In this document: in pieces, positions 28,690-39,691 of the stretch
Layout: every line of letters starts with the position of its first letter
Numbering within the stretch: the stretch's first letter is position 1
Origin: a virus
Strand: one strand, 5' to 3'
Length of the DNA stretch: 64,000 nucleotides
Virus record (IMG/VR): IMGVR_UViG_3300029319_000006
Coordinates: 64,001 to 128,000 of that record
Made by a program: the position numbers and the translations under genes
Notes under the pieces: model-generated
Databases searched by the model: none
Told to the model about the DNA's origin: nothing
What the model saw: only the letters and a program-made list of their open reading frames with translations

Positions 28690-30695
28690 TAATTTGCAGC
28701 ATCAGTTGTTACAGGAGTTGTTACAGACAAAGTTGGATCAAATACAAATCTATCATTTCTTACAGGAGCTAGCACACTTTGGTTAGCTGGAACTACAGAC
28801 AATTTCAATTGAGTTTCACCACCTGATAATGCAGTTGGATTAAAAAATTGTATTGTAACAGTTCCATCATTAGCATTGTAACTTCCAATGTTATCTGTTA
28901 TTACAACACCTCCTGCAGCTGTAACTATTTGTAAAGTATTAGAATTTAATAAATTTTTGATTAAACATAGTTGACTATTAAAAGTAAATTCTGTAGATGT
29001 TACTATAAATGTATCATTATCTGGAACAGCAATAGAAGCAGGAAATTGTAAAGTTTGACTTATCCTGTTGACAGCTAAAGATAATTTGTTTATATTAAAT
29101 GTTGTGCTGTTACTAGACAAATTATTATTTTGCATGTAAGTAGCTGCATCATTATATGCTTTATTTGTAACAAAAGAAACTATTTTATCCAATTGAGTTG
29201 TTGTAACAGTTCCTGGACTAGTTAATAAGGATTTAATTGTTGCAATTAAGTTTGGAACTGATGGTGCAAATCTTTGTTGCATTCTAACATTAGCTCTTGA
29301 TGATAAAATAGCTGTAGAAGATTCATCAATTAAAGATAACATATTTGATCTTCTAAATGATTGATCAAATTTACCTGTATTATTTGAAAAATAATTTGCT
29401 ACAGTAGTATCCACATTTGCTTGTACAGCATTCACTGTAAGATCAGTTAACTTAGGATTAAATTGAAAAAATGTATCTACTTCAACAAATGTTGTTACTG
29501 GATCTACAAATCTTAGATTAAATGATACTACAGCTAATTGTGCAGCTAAATCTAAAATTCCTAATTTAGTTGCTGATATAGTATCATCAGATACTGAATC
29601 TTCAAATAATATAGAAACATATACAGCTCCAAATTCTTGTAATGCATTATCTTGACCACCCCAAGATGTTATATCACTTATCAAACCTCCATAATTTTTA
29701 AGAATCATAGCTGAATAATCAGCTGCAGTCACCATTCTATTTTGAGTAGCATATTGAAATGGAGCATTTTGTCTCATAGATTCAATGCTTTCCTTATCTT
29801 TACCACCAGCAGAATTGATAAATGTTGTTACATTTAATGTAGCTGATATAGTACCAGAATTGAAAGTAGCTTGGGGAGTAAAAACACTAGCTCCATTTGC
29901 TGCAGCACCTTTAGTAGAAAGATACTGTAATTCAATTCTATTTCCTGCACTTGGAGCAATACCAAAAGTAGAACCATCACCAAAAGATAGTTCAAAGAAT
30001 CCATTTGGAGATTCTTTTAATATATAAACTGTTGAATTAGCACTTAGACTTGTTGCCTTAGTTATATTTTGAAAGGTTGTAGATTGTGTTGATGTAGTAC
30101 TATCAAATACTTTTACTGTTACAGATTCAGAATTCAAAGTTGTATCTGGAATAATATAAACAGGATTATCTTCATATTCTCCAACTAAAAATGTTTTAGT
30201 TTTTAAAGTACCTTCAGATATTGGAATTCTATTCAAACCATCAGAAGTTTTGAATTCATAAAAACCACTACCATTATCTGTAGCTTCAAATGGTTCAATA
30301 GTTTGGAATACATAACTTATATCATCTACTGTCGTATTAAATTTAGTATATGCTGGTAAACTTACTTTAGATGCTCTTCCTGCAGCAGTTGAATTGAATG
30401 TAAGTCTTACCGTTCCTATAGAAGATGCATCTGTATCAGGAATATAACCTATACCCTCAGCTAAAGAAACCATAGAAGATCTTAATTGAGCTGTTGGTAA
30501 ATAAGATTCATTCAATGCAAAGTTTGCTATAAGACCATTTATGTGAGTATTATATGCCAGAACATCTAAAATATTATTTAATCCTGAAGCCTCAAAATTA
30601 TAATCTTTAAACTCTTCTTTATTTTCAAAGAAAGTTTTTAAATTACTTTTTATATTATTAAAGTCTAACGCTGTTGATCTTATTGTTGTCGCCAT
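28689..30695 (-). CDS. gp6: Baseplate wedge subunit
   Basis: LDFNNIKSNLK...DYNFEASGL..LDVLAYNTH, QNRMVTAADY, WGGQDN. Confidence 0.92.
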   Translation of the reverse strand: MATTIRSTALDFNNIKSNLKTFFENKEEFKDYNFEASGLNNILDVLAYNTHINGLIANFALNESYLPTAQLRSSMVSLAEGIGYIPDTDASSIGTVRLTFNSTAAGRASKVSLPAYTKFNTTVDDISYVFQTIEPFEATDNGSGFYEFKTSDGLNRIPISEGTLKTKTFLVGEYEDNPVYIIPDTTLNSESVTVKVFDSTTSTQSTTFQNITKATSLSANSTVYILKESPNGFFELSFGDGSTFGIAPSAGNRIELQYLSTKGAAANGASVFTPQATFNSGTISATLNVTTFINSAGGKDKESIESMRQNAPFQYATQNRMVTAADYSAMILKNYGGLISDITSWGGQDNALQEFGAVYVSILFEDSVSDDTISATKLGILDLAAQLAVVSFNLRFVDPVTTFVEVDTFFQFNPKLTDLTVNAVQANVDTTVANYFSNNTGKFDQSFRRSNMLSLIDESSTAILSSRANVRMQQRFAPSVPNLIATIKSLLTSPGTVTTTQLDKIVSFVTNKAYNDAATYMQNNNLSSNSTTFNINKLSLAVNRISQTLQFPASIAVPDNDTFIVTSTEFTFNSQLCLIKNLLNSNTLQIVTAAGGVVITDNIGSYNANDGTVTIQFFNPTALSGGETQLKLSVVPANQSVLAPVRNDRFVFDPTLSVTTPVTTDAAN

Positions 30696-30699
30696 TTTT

Positions 30700-31146
30700 C
30701 TATCTCAACCTTGTAACTGTAGTAGTAAATGTGATAAATTCGGAAGTATTCACAACTTGATATTCTATAGTCACACTTAGATCATTTCTTTCCGCATTTA
30801 TATTTGTTTCTAATCTCAGCAATTTAGCTCTTGGCTCGTATGTATTACATGCTGATATTATTTGTTCTTTTAATTCTTCTTCTGAATCATCATCCGCTAA
30901 TTCAAATAACATTGCTCTAATATTAGCACCAAAAAAAGGTTGGAATGGTTTTTCAAAAAAATTAGTTTGTATCAAATTTTTTAATGCTTGCGTAACAGCT
31001 GCAGCATCATTTTTTTTAAAAAGTTCACCATTAGGTTTGGCAGTAAAAGATAAATCTACATCTCTGTATTGACGAGTTCTACTAGTAACAATAGTACTAG
31101 TATTTTGCTTACCATCCTGGGTAGAAAAAACTCTAGTTGTTGCCAT
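30700..31146 (-). CDS. gp25: Baseplate wedge subunit
   Basis: AVTQALKNLIQT...EKPFQPFFG...LFE...YEPR. Confidence 0.9.
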   Translation of the reverse strand: MATTRVFSTQDGKQNTSTIVTSRTRQYRDVDLSFTAKPNGELFKKNDAAAVTQALKNLIQTNFFEKPFQPFFGANIRAMLFELADDDSEEELKEQIISACNTYEPRAKLLRLETNINAERNDLSVTIEYQVVNTSEFITFTTTVTRLR

Positions 31147-31168
31147 GTTTAACCTCTTTAACCATTAT

Positions 31169-33664
31169 TTATGGCTCTTTGTCCCCAACATTAAATCCTT
31201 TTTCTTTAAGAACAAAATATGCCCAAGGATAATAATATAAACTACTTCTTGACAGATTATCTCCCCAACAAGCCTTGCCTGTTGTTCTTATATCAAAATG
31301 AATTAACTCTCCACCTTTACTTCTACCAAAAAATGCAGCTCCTTTATTTGTGTATATTCCTATACCAGTCAATCCTTCATCACAAGCAATTCTCAATAGT
31401 TGTGCTCTTTGTTGATTATTTAAACCATATACAGAAATATCAACAGCATTTCCAAGTGTATGTTGACTTGTTAATCCTGCACCTTTACTTTTTGTTTTAG
31501 GATTCTTTGGATTTCTAAATCCACTTACAACAGTTAGTTTTTTTCCAAATTTTATAGAAACTCTTTCCAATTTTTGAATCAAAATAGGATCTACTCTTCT
31601 AGCTGCTTCAGGTATACTCCAAATTAAATTATTTGAAGTTCCTGCAACAGGATATGTTATATTAGGAATAGGAGATAATGGTTCTCTTAACATACATTCT
31701 ACTAATTCACCCTGTGATAGTTTATGACCATTATATTCTGTTGATACTTCTCTGTTAAAAGTTCCTGTATAATCAGATCCTAATTTAGGCATTGTAATTA
31801 TTAATCTAGCAGTTATTACAGGCCTTCTTGCAAGATCACAATCTAAACTATCATAAGATAAAATTAACTGTTCAAAATAAGCATTATCTTTTAAGTAAGC
31901 AGCTATGTCAAATAATCTTTCACTTGATTCAAAACCATTTGCATCTATTGCTCTATAAACTACAGCTCTACCTTGTGATTTCAAATCATTTATACTATTT
32001 TTCTCAATTGTTTCTGTAGGACCAGGTTTATATAATCCTTCAGTGGCTTCTAATGACACACCAGCAAACTCTTTTTGATTTCTTTTAATTTTATCAAATA
32101 TAATAGTTTGTAAATATAATGCAGCAGCTATTTCTTTTCTTTTTTGCAAATCTTTTATATGCAACATATTAGTAGGATCTTCTGTACCTAAAAATTTAGA
32201 TATAGACATTCCATTAGCTATTTTTGTTGCAATAGTAATATCTGCTTTTGTAAATGGATTAAATTTAGGATCTGGAGGAAAAGAAGATAAAACATATCTA
32301 GGTATATGAACAGCTGCATGATCAGGATGAATTGGATCAGTAGCAGATCCTGATAAAAGAGTAGATGATTCTCCATCTAAAACTCTTCCTACTGCAGGAG
32401 GTACAGCATCATTATATGTTCTACAAATAGTATCTTCTTCTAATAAACTTTGAATAAATTGTCTATTGTTTCTATTACTTGAAGCTCTTAACTTGGATCT
32501 AGCTGCTTCTACTGTAAGATCAATATTAGATATTCCATTATATCTAACAGTTTTATCCAAATTATCTTTTATAAAGTTACCATCATCAATAGCTACATTT
32601 CTTATTCCACCTTGAGATTTACTAACAAAATTTGCAACTGTATTAGATGCATTATCTGGATTTACAAAGGTATCCATTGCAGTATTAGTAGCTGTATATC
32701 CAGCAGCAGAACCCTGAGTATTTTCAGCATAGCCTTGGGAATTAGTTTCATCAGCAGTAATTGCTTGTAAAGCTGTTCCTTGTAAATCACCATGAAATGT
32801 TGGAGCAGTAACTGCTGTTTTAACATCTATATTGTTACCTGAGAAGTTTACTCCTTCTCCACCTATTATACTTCCACTTCCTCCTTGTATTGTCATATTG
32901 TTTGCTGATAAACTTATATTATCTGAAGTAGTATTAATATGTGTTTTTGCAGTAACATTCATTTTACCACCAGAAAACATTGATAAGTTTTGTCCTATAT
33001 TATTTTCTAAGTCTCCTTTTACATTATGTTGATGATTTCCTAATATAACATCAGTTTGTTTTTCTGTAACATAATTAGTTAGATTACCAATAACTCTATT
33101 AATTGATCCTTTAGAAACTGTTTTAAATTCAGAACCAAAAATGTTTTCTGTTTTATTACCTCTAGTAGTTATATTGAAATCAAGACAATCAATATTAAAC
33201 TCACCTTTAACTTTCATTGTCACATTACCGTTGTAAACTACGTTAGCATCTCCTTCTACAACTAATACTTGATCACCACCAGTAATATCAACTTTATTAC
33301 CAATTGAGTTTATACTAACTCCTCCATCTGGTCTAAGTTCTACTCCTGCTCCTGAATTGTGATAAATTAAAATTCTTTCATTACCTGGTGTATCATCAAT
33401 TTCAAAACTATGGCCAGTAATTGATTTTTGAATTCTATTTAATCCATATGTTGAGTTTATAAACTCATCTGCAAGTGCTTCTTTAGCTTGTGTAGATCCA
33501 GAAGCTAATTTTAAATCATTTCTATCTTCACCTCTTGCTTCTTTGTTAGCATTACTAGTGTACATGTATTCTGGAACAGGATGTTGACCAGTAACATCTT
33601 CTGGTAAATTATTAGTTGTTGTTCTGCCTAAATTTTCAAGCTCTTTATCATTAAAATCAGACAT
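31169..33664 (-). CDS. gp5 C-terminal (beta-helix) protein fused to a peptidase M15 domain
   Basis: GHSFEIDDTPGNERI.. gp5 motif; VxG repeats; C-terminal VSGFR...SQHTLGNAVDI...IHFDIR. Confidence 0.75.
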   Translation of the reverse strand: MSDFNDKELENLGRTTTNNLPEDVTGQHPVPEYMYTSNANKEARGEDRNDLKLASGSTQAKEALADEFINSTYGLNRIQKSITGHSFEIDDTPGNERILIYHNSGAGVELRPDGGVSINSIGNKVDITGGDQVLVVEGDANVVYNGNVTMKVKGEFNIDCLDFNITTRGNKTENIFGSEFKTVSKGSINRVIGNLTNYVTEKQTDVILGNHQHNVKGDLENNIGQNLSMFSGGKMNVTAKTHINTTSDNISLSANNMTIQGGSGSIIGGEGVNFSGNNIDVKTAVTAPTFHGDLQGTALQAITADETNSQGYAENTQGSAAGYTATNTAMDTFVNPDNASNTVANFVSKSQGGIRNVAIDDGNFIKDNLDKTVRYNGISNIDLTVEAARSKLRASSNRNNRQFIQSLLEEDTICRTYNDAVPPAVGRVLDGESSTLLSGSATDPIHPDHAAVHIPRYVLSSFPPDPKFNPFTKADITIATKIANGMSISKFLGTEDPTNMLHIKDLQKRKEIAAALYLQTIIFDKIKRNQKEFAGVSLEATEGLYKPGPTETIEKNSINDLKSQGRAVVYRAIDANGFESSERLFDIAAYLKDNAYFEQLILSYDSLDCDLARRPVITARLIITMPKLGSDYTGTFNREVSTEYNGHKLSQGELVECMLREPLSPIPNITYPVAGTSNNLIWSIPEAARRVDPILIQKLERVSIKFGKKLTVVSGFRNPKNPKTKSKGAGLTSQHTLGNAVDISVYGLNNQQRAQLLRIACDEGLTGIGIYTNKGAAFFGRSKGGELIHFDIRTTGKACWGDNLSRSSLYYYPWAYFVLKEKGFNVGDKEP

Positions 33665-35158
33665 TTATTTCTCCAACGTTGCTAATGTTTCTTGATCTAA
33701 TGGATCAGAAGTTTTAGGATCATAGTCTTCTGAATTAGGCCTCTTCAAACGACTTTTTAGTAATACTTGAATATCTAATGCTTCAGTATTTACATCATAA
33801 ACCCATCCAACATCTTTTGCACTAAAAATTTGTATTCCAGGTTTTGCTGTAATTATTTGTTCTAACAATTCTACTAAGTTATCAACTTGTCCAGGTTTTA
33901 TTTTATTATCTTGAGATGTTTCATCTACATTGATTCCAATAATTATTGATTTCTCAAAATGATTATTTGTAATACATCTAGTGTTTTTTGATTCAATTTC
34001 TAATGGTCTTCCTCTATAAGTTATAGAATCATACCCAATATAAAAATGTTGATTGATACCATGATTATAAGCATCAACATACAATTGATGATATTCTTCA
34101 ACAGTTGTATCTTTTTTAGGAAGAAACATTACAATTACTTCTTTTATATCTCTTTCTAAATTTAACACTTCAGGAGTTATTTCATTTCCTATAATAGGTT
34201 TTAACACTTTACCATCTAATAAAGTATTTTCTTCTCTCCATAAATTTTTAAATATATCTGTTCTTTGTATTTCTAAATCTAATGGTGAAATATCAGGATT
34301 AAGTAAATTATTACTGGCTTTGTTGTTTATTTGTTTTACTAAATCAGATAATTCAAGCAATGTTTTATCAGAATATTCTGTTAATATAAGAGCAGCTTTA
34401 TCATATCTTTCATTATTAGCAAACTGAACTACTTTTTGTAAATCTTCTTCAGTGATATTTTTTGCAATACCATCCTTGTATAAAGCAGGAGATAAAATAC
34501 TTTCTGCAGATCTAAATGTTTTTTCTACTAAGTTTTCAATTGTAGATCCAAATCCACTTTGTGATTTTTTTAGTAGTTGAGATGAAGAGTTTAAAATGTT
34601 GGCAACAGCTTTATTAGCTACCTTACTTTGAGATGATATAGTTTTATATGCATTATCAATAACACTTTGAATATTTGGATCATCATGTTCATCTAAATCA
34701 ATTAATCTTCTAACAGCAGTTTCAATTTCAACCTTTTCAATATTTTCAACATTATTCTTTAGAGCAGTTGATAGAGCTTCAGGATAAGGAGCAGATATTA
34801 CTACATCTAAAAAACCATTTTGGGAATTTTCTGATACTCCTGTTATAGCTGTATAATTAGTTATTTCATCACTAGTGAGAGTTTTTATTGTTTTATTACT
34901 AGCTGATTTATCTAATTGCATTATACTCAAATCTTCAACTTGAGAAGGTTTAGATTCTTTAACTCCATCTACAACATTTTGAGAAGCATTTACTACAGTC
35001 TTGAATCCTCCTTTTATCTCACCATCTTCTGTAAATAAATGAGACTTTGCAACATCAAAGTTTTTTACAACAGTATCAACTTCAACAGCTCTTGTTTCAT
35101 CATTTAGAGAAGAATTAAGTTCATTTACTTTATCTTGGAATTTTTCTCTGTTACTCAT
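33665..35158 (-). CDS. Baseplate hub-associated protein with a degenerate amidase-like C-terminal domain
   Basis: HFYIGYDSITYRGRPLE...SIIIGI...Q...L resembles the amidase_2 fold; the usual Zn-ligand histidines are not evident. Confidence 0.45.
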   Translation of the reverse strand: MSNREKFQDKVNELNSSLNDETRAVEVDTVVKNFDVAKSHLFTEDGEIKGGFKTVVNASQNVVDGVKESKPSQVEDLSIMQLDKSASNKTIKTLTSDEITNYTAITGVSENSQNGFLDVVISAPYPEALSTALKNNVENIEKVEIETAVRRLIDLDEHDDPNIQSVIDNAYKTISSQSKVANKAVANILNSSSQLLKKSQSGFGSTIENLVEKTFRSAESILSPALYKDGIAKNITEEDLQKVVQFANNERYDKAALILTEYSDKTLLELSDLVKQINNKASNNLLNPDISPLDLEIQRTDIFKNLWREENTLLDGKVLKPIIGNEITPEVLNLERDIKEVIVMFLPKKDTTVEEYHQLYVDAYNHGINQHFYIGYDSITYRGRPLEIESKNTRCITNNHFEKSIIIGINVDETSQDNKIKPGQVDNLVELLEQIITAKPGIQIFSAKDVGWVYDVNTEALDIQVLLKSRLKRPNSEDYDPKTSDPLDQETLATLEK

Positions 35159-35159
35159 A

Positions 35160-36104
35160 TTATCCTACTACAAATTGTTGTGAAGATTTGTAATTTGCTG
35201 TTACCTTCAATGATTCATAATATCCATCAAAGGCTTGTTTAGCATTTTGTTGTCTCTCATTCAATTCATTATCTGAATAAGCAGCTACTTCATATTTTCT
35301 TAAAAAATACCATGTAGCATTAGATTCTCCTGGACCTTGATCAAAGTTAGTAGTTTTAAATGGATCAGATAAATGATTCCAAACTTTATGAGCTGGATTT
35401 GTTTTCATATCTATTATTAAAAATTCTAACTGAGTAAAGAAGTCTTCCCAAGGCTTGTTTCTAGTTTCAGCAAACGACACTAATTGCTGATATCTTCCAA
35501 CATTAGCATTCCATTGTGCTAATCCAAAAGAGTTTTCTATTGAACTTCTATTTTCTGCAGTTGGATCCAGAAGTGATTCTTTCATAAGGTTGCCTGTTAT
35601 ACCAGCTGCAGCTCTTGTAGATAATCCAGCTTTAACTAGATACTGCATTATAATAATCATTTTTGTATTAAAATCACTGTCACCATTATTATATAATGTT
35701 TCTAGTTTTTTGTCAAGTATTATACCTTGAGTAACATATTGAGAAGTTAATGGTTGCCCTGGATTTGTTTTATCAATTCTATCTCTTTGTACACTAGAAG
35801 GAATTCCTTGATGTCCTAAACTTCCTAATATTAAAGGTTTTTGTGAAGCAGATCCATCTAAGAAAATTCCAAACACAAAAGCACCTTCTAACAATTGAGG
35901 AATAAGTCCAATACCAGATACTCCTCCTTCAGTAGTAGGAATCATACACTTTGCATAAGGTAAATCTTTATCAGGAACATCTGGAGAATGTAAACCGATT
36001 ACTCTTATTTGTACTCTATCAAATAAACCATCTTTTGAAGAACCAGTAACACTTCTAACAACTCTAGCAAGAAACCATCTATTATTATCACCATAATAAT
36101 TCAT
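35160..36104 (-). CDS. gp5: gp5 N-terminal OB-fold fused to a phage tail lysozyme
   Basis: RVQIRVIGLH...DLPYA...VFGIFLDG...PLILGS; AAAGITGNLMKES...GLAQW...QLEF. Confidence 0.8.
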   Translation of the reverse strand: MNYYGDNNRWFLARVVRSVTGSSKDGLFDRVQIRVIGLHSPDVPDKDLPYAKCMIPTTEGGVSGIGLIPQLLEGAFVFGIFLDGSASQKPLILGSLGHQGIPSSVQRDRIDKTNPGQPLTSQYVTQGIILDKKLETLYNNGDSDFNTKMIIIMQYLVKAGLSTRAAAGITGNLMKESLLDPTAENRSSIENSFGLAQWNANVGRYQQLVSFAETRNKPWEDFFTQLEFLIIDMKTNPAHKVWNHLSDPFKTTNFDQGPGESNATWYFLRKYEVAAYSDNELNERQQNAKQAFDGYYESLKVTANYKSSQQFVVG

Positions 36105-37477
36105 GTTGTTAATGGCCTTTCTGCTATTCTACCAATACTAGCTACCACATTATGTCTACTTCTTGGTATATCTATTATGTGACGTTTAGCTGTCATAATA
36201 TAATTTCCTGACCTTTTCTCATCATCTAATTTAAAGTTTTCAGGATCAGAATTTAACATTTCTAATTCTATTTGATGTCCTACACTTACATTAATATTAT
36301 TCAATGAAAATAATAAACCAGGAACAGTAATAGTATGTGGATTTCTAAACAGATATTTTATAAAATTATTTTTTATTATTGTTAATCTTTTTGATATTTC
36401 TCCTCCATAGTATCCTTCTAAACTAGATTCAGTAAAAGCATTCATGGAAAATGTAAAATATTTTCTACTAGTATATTCTTCTAATGGATCTGTCTTTAAT
36501 CCATCTGGATCTGTTGATTCTCTAAATCTAGTATCAATTGGAATAACATTTTGATCTGCAGGAAGAATACCAATTGCTGCAAGTTTTTCATATTCTTCTT
36601 TCATGTTTATTTGAGCATTCATAAACTCACCAGTGTTAACATCAAGATGAGAATAATTAGAACCTATGGCTCCAAGTTTTGCCATATCTAAAGTTCTTTC
36701 TAATCTACCAGAAGAATAATCACTTACTATTAATGCTTTTTCTTCTGGTGTTAAATCACCAGTTCCTCCGGCTAATGGTGTAGCTCCAACAGAATATATA
36801 AATGGTTTACCTTTATTAAATGGATCTCTTTCTAAAATACTTTCTAAATCAGTAAGTATTCTTTCTTTATATCCCAAACTACTAAATAAAAAATATGGAA
36901 GACCATTTTCAGTATGCATTTTGTTTACTATATTAGAAGCAGCTTCTAATGGTGTCATCCAAGGAACAATGTATCTTATTTCTGCTCCTTCTGGTTCTTT
37001 ACAATAATCAGGAACAAGACTTAAATTTAAATTTTCTGCTAATATTTTGGATACAACTTCTTTAGATGTTCCAGTGTATGATTTACTGATAGGTCTAAGA
37101 TAACTAAAGTAAGCACAATTTTCTAATATATCTAATTCTAACAGAGAAGTTGTATCATTAACTTTTACAGTTCTTCTTATACTTGTAATCATAAATGTTT
37201 TTTCAATTAATCCTTCTTGACTTGCAGGATTTTTCAATACAATTTTTACTCTTTCTGTACCAGACATTTGAGTAATTCTATACAAATCATTATCATCAGC
37301 TATAACTAATTTACCAGTTAGGTAAGGTATCATTATATTTTCAAATATATTAAGTTCTACAGCAGTAGGAGCAGCTGTTTCTTGACCAGCTATATGTAAT
37401 TTAAGATTGTCTCTAAATCTTTCTGATGAAATTGATATTTCTACAATTTCAATTTGTTCAGCTGATAATAGTTGCAT
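36101..37477 (-). CDS. Baseplate hub protein, gp27-like
   Basis: Lies between gp53 and gp5; NIFENI..PYLTG, PYFLF, VPG, SGNYI...RH motifs. Confidence 0.6.
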   Translation of the reverse strand: MQLLSAEQIEIVEISISSERFRDNLKLHIAGQETAAPTAVELNIFENIMIPYLTGKLVIADDNDLYRITQMSGTERVKIVLKNPASQEGLIEKTFMITSIRRTVKVNDTTSLLELDILENCAYFSYLRPISKSYTGTSKEVVSKILAENLNLSLVPDYCKEPEGAEIRYIVPWMTPLEAASNIVNKMHTENGLPYFLFSSLGYKERILTDLESILERDPFNKGKPFIYSVGATPLAGGTGDLTPEEKALIVSDYSSGRLERTLDMAKLGAIGSNYSHLDVNTGEFMNAQINMKEEYEKLAAIGILPADQNVIPIDTRFRESTDPDGLKTDPLEEYTSRKYFTFSMNAFTESSLEGYYGGEISKRLTIIKNNFIKYLFRNPHTITVPGLLFSLNNINVSVGHQIELEMLNSDPENFKLDDEKRSGNYIMTAKRHIIDIPRSRHNVVASIGRIAERPLTT

Positions 37478-37480
37478 ATT

Positions 37481-38515
37481 TTATTGTCTCAAAAGTCTTT
37501 GAAATTCAGAATGAATTTGACTTACTACTTCTGGTGTGAATATTTTTATTAATCTTAGATCGTTATTTTGATTTGTTAATCTATCTATATTTCTTATTTT
37601 AGTTAATCCGCTTGTTCCAGATGTTTCATTATCTACACCTCTTCCTGTATCAGTTAAGATAGGAAGATCTGCATAATTACCATCTGTATCTTCATAATGA
37701 TGAATTGCTTGGTCTTGATCACTAGTTGATAATATTCTTAAAATAGATGTACTTGCTCCAGACCATTGAGTTGTATCAGACACACCTCTTACAGAAAACA
37801 AATCAACATTATCAGCAATTGTATTAGATGATAATACAGCAGTAGCTGTTGCTTGATTACCTGATGGATCTGTTGGACTTGAAATAGTAACTGTAGGAGC
37901 ACTTACATAATTATCTCCTCCTTCTGTTACAGTAATAGAAGTAATATTTCCTGATGCATTAATAACAGCTGCAGCCTTAGCTCCACTACCTGAACCACCA
38001 GAGAATGTAATAGTAGGTAAAGAAGTATATCCAGAACCACCTGAATTCAATGTTATAGATCTAACTTCTAAAATTGGTTTAACAATTATCTGTCCTAAAT
38101 CTAAATCTTTAGATAAAATTTTTGCTTTGAATGGTGGATTAGAAAAAGGTTCTCTAGCAACAATATCTCCAACATAAAATTTACCATGTAAAGATCTATT
38201 AGTTGATAATACTGTATTAGGATAATATTTTTTGGATAAAGTAAAAATTTCACTTTCCGATAATGGCCATCCTTGTTGTCTTAGTTTATCATTCAGTAAA
38301 TAAAATGTCCAATAATAATCTTGAGTACCATATAATTGATAAGATAGGTTATCTGGTCTTTCATTATCTTTTATGTGATACAGTTCATAAAATGATAAAT
38401 CATCTTTAAATTGATCTACAATATCTACATAAGCTGTTAAATTTTGAAATGCAGCTGAATTTATCTCATCTCCAAAATTATAACTTACAAATGGAAAATT
38501 TTTAAAAAAGGACAT
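37481..38515 (-). CDS. gp53: Baseplate wedge subunit with an inserted GSGYT module
   Basis: FFKNFP..Y, YHIKDNERPDNLSYQLYG...YYW..L.N...WP, HHYE. Confidence 0.85.
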   Translation of the reverse strand: MSFFKNFPFVSYNFGDEINSAAFQNLTAYVDIVDQFKDDLSFYELYHIKDNERPDNLSYQLYGTQDYYWTFYLLNDKLRQQGWPLSESEIFTLSKKYYPNTVLSTNRSLHGKFYVGDIVAREPFSNPPFKAKILSKDLDLGQIIVKPILEVRSITLNSGGSGYTSLPTITFSGGSGSGAKAAAVINASGNITSITVTEGGDNYVSAPTVTISSPTDPSGNQATATAVLSSNTIADNVDLFSVRGVSDTTQWSGASTSILRILSTSDQDQAIHHYEDTDGNYADLPILTDTGRGVDNETSGTSGLTKIRNIDRLTNQNNDLRLIKIFTPEVVSQIHSEFQRLLRQ

Positions 38516-39642
38516 TAATAACCTCCAGTAGCTACTTCACGTTTAGTGAGAGTTCTTACTTCTGTAAATTGAAGACTTAAATCTGTTTCTTGAACTTCAC
38601 CATCTGTATGAAATGACATGCCTGTTGGATTATAGTTTACATCAACGGCAGATAAGTGACAAGGTAAAATTCCTGTAGCAACATTTTTTACCTTTCCTAA
38701 ATTAGTTTTGTATAATAACTTAATATGAAATTCAGATGGATATCTTAATGCTGCAGATACACCAAAATTATTAGTTTGTTCAGGATACATTTCTTCTCTA
38801 AAAAATTGTATTATACTTTTTACAGATCTAGCTTCGTCTGGAGAAGTAGGAATCATTTTAAACGTAAACCTAAATGATCTTAAATTAGGTCCTTGTAACA
38901 TAGATCTACGATTAGGGTTTACAGCTATTCCTGTTGTAGTACTTACTGCACCTGATACTTCACTACTTACTCTTCTTGATAATCTTAACAATGCAATTTG
39001 TGCAGCTTCAGTTTGTGCACCTTTTCTTAACAATTCTGGTAATGCTTCAAAAGATTCTGTAATAGTACCATATGCATTAGATAACATTTGCATTCCAGTT
39101 TGATTACTCTGTAATCCTTGTTCTATTGCATTACCCAATATTCCTAAATCTATATTAGTGTAAGATACTGTATCCTGAAACTGTAATGCATTAGGAAGAT
39201 ATAATCTACAAGTTCTTCCTTTACCAATGTATTCAGGTAGTGGAGGTCTATCATCTCTTTTTGCATCTTGTATTTGTTTAGGAGTAGGTTGAATTGGTTT
39301 AATATCAACTTCCTTATTACCTGGTCCTACAGTATTATAATTATCTGAATTATTATCTTTTTTAATACCTAATAGATCAAAACCACCAGCACCTTTACTA
39401 ATATCTGTTACTAACGAATCAGCAAATGCACCTAACGGTTTAGGTGTTTTTTGTTTAGCAGTAAATGTGATATATCCTCCATAATCTTGTACGTTTTCCA
39501 ATGGAAATCTAAGTTGTTGAGGTGCTGTATCATTTACATTACCAGTACCTGGATTAATTCTAGCAGTTAATCCACTTGCAACTGTATCGAATACATTTGA
39601 TAACGGATTTGCTTTTGCAAATAGATTTGTGATATCTACCAT
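38515..39642 (-). CDS. gp48: Baseplate tail tube cap
   Basis: LYLP, VNP...GPNLRSFRFTFKMIP.S.DEA..V..II.FFR...YP, L.LQFTE. Confidence 0.85.
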   Translation of the reverse strand: MVDITNLFAKANPLSNVFDTVASGLTARINPGTGNVNDTAPQQLRFPLENVQDYGGYITFTAKQKTPKPLGAFADSLVTDISKGAGGFDLLGIKKDNNSDNYNTVGPGNKEVDIKPIQPTPKQIQDAKRDDRPPLPEYIGKGRTCRLYLPNALQFQDTVSYTNIDLGILGNAIEQGLQSNQTGMQMLSNAYGTITESFEALPELLRKGAQTEAAQIALLRLSRRVSSEVSGAVSTTTGIAVNPNRRSMLQGPNLRSFRFTFKMIPTSPDEARSVKSIIQFFREEMYPEQTNNFGVSAALRYPSEFHIKLLYKTNLGKVKNVATGILPCHLSAVDVNYNPTGMSFHTDGEVQETDLSLQFTEVRTLTKREVATGGY

Positions 39643-39675
39643 TTAATTCTCCACTAAATACAAAATAGTTAACAA

Positions 39676-39683
39676 TATTTATA
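39676..39683 (-). promoter_or_regulatory. T4-type late promoter TATAAATA for the baseplate operon
   Basis: Exact match in the divergent gp48/gp4 gap. Confidence 0.75.
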
Positions 39684-39691
39684 AGGCAATA

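Noticed and set aside
31166-31173. CATAAATA upstream of gp25
   Set aside because: A plausible late promoter variant, but one mismatch in AT-rich DNA is weak evidence.
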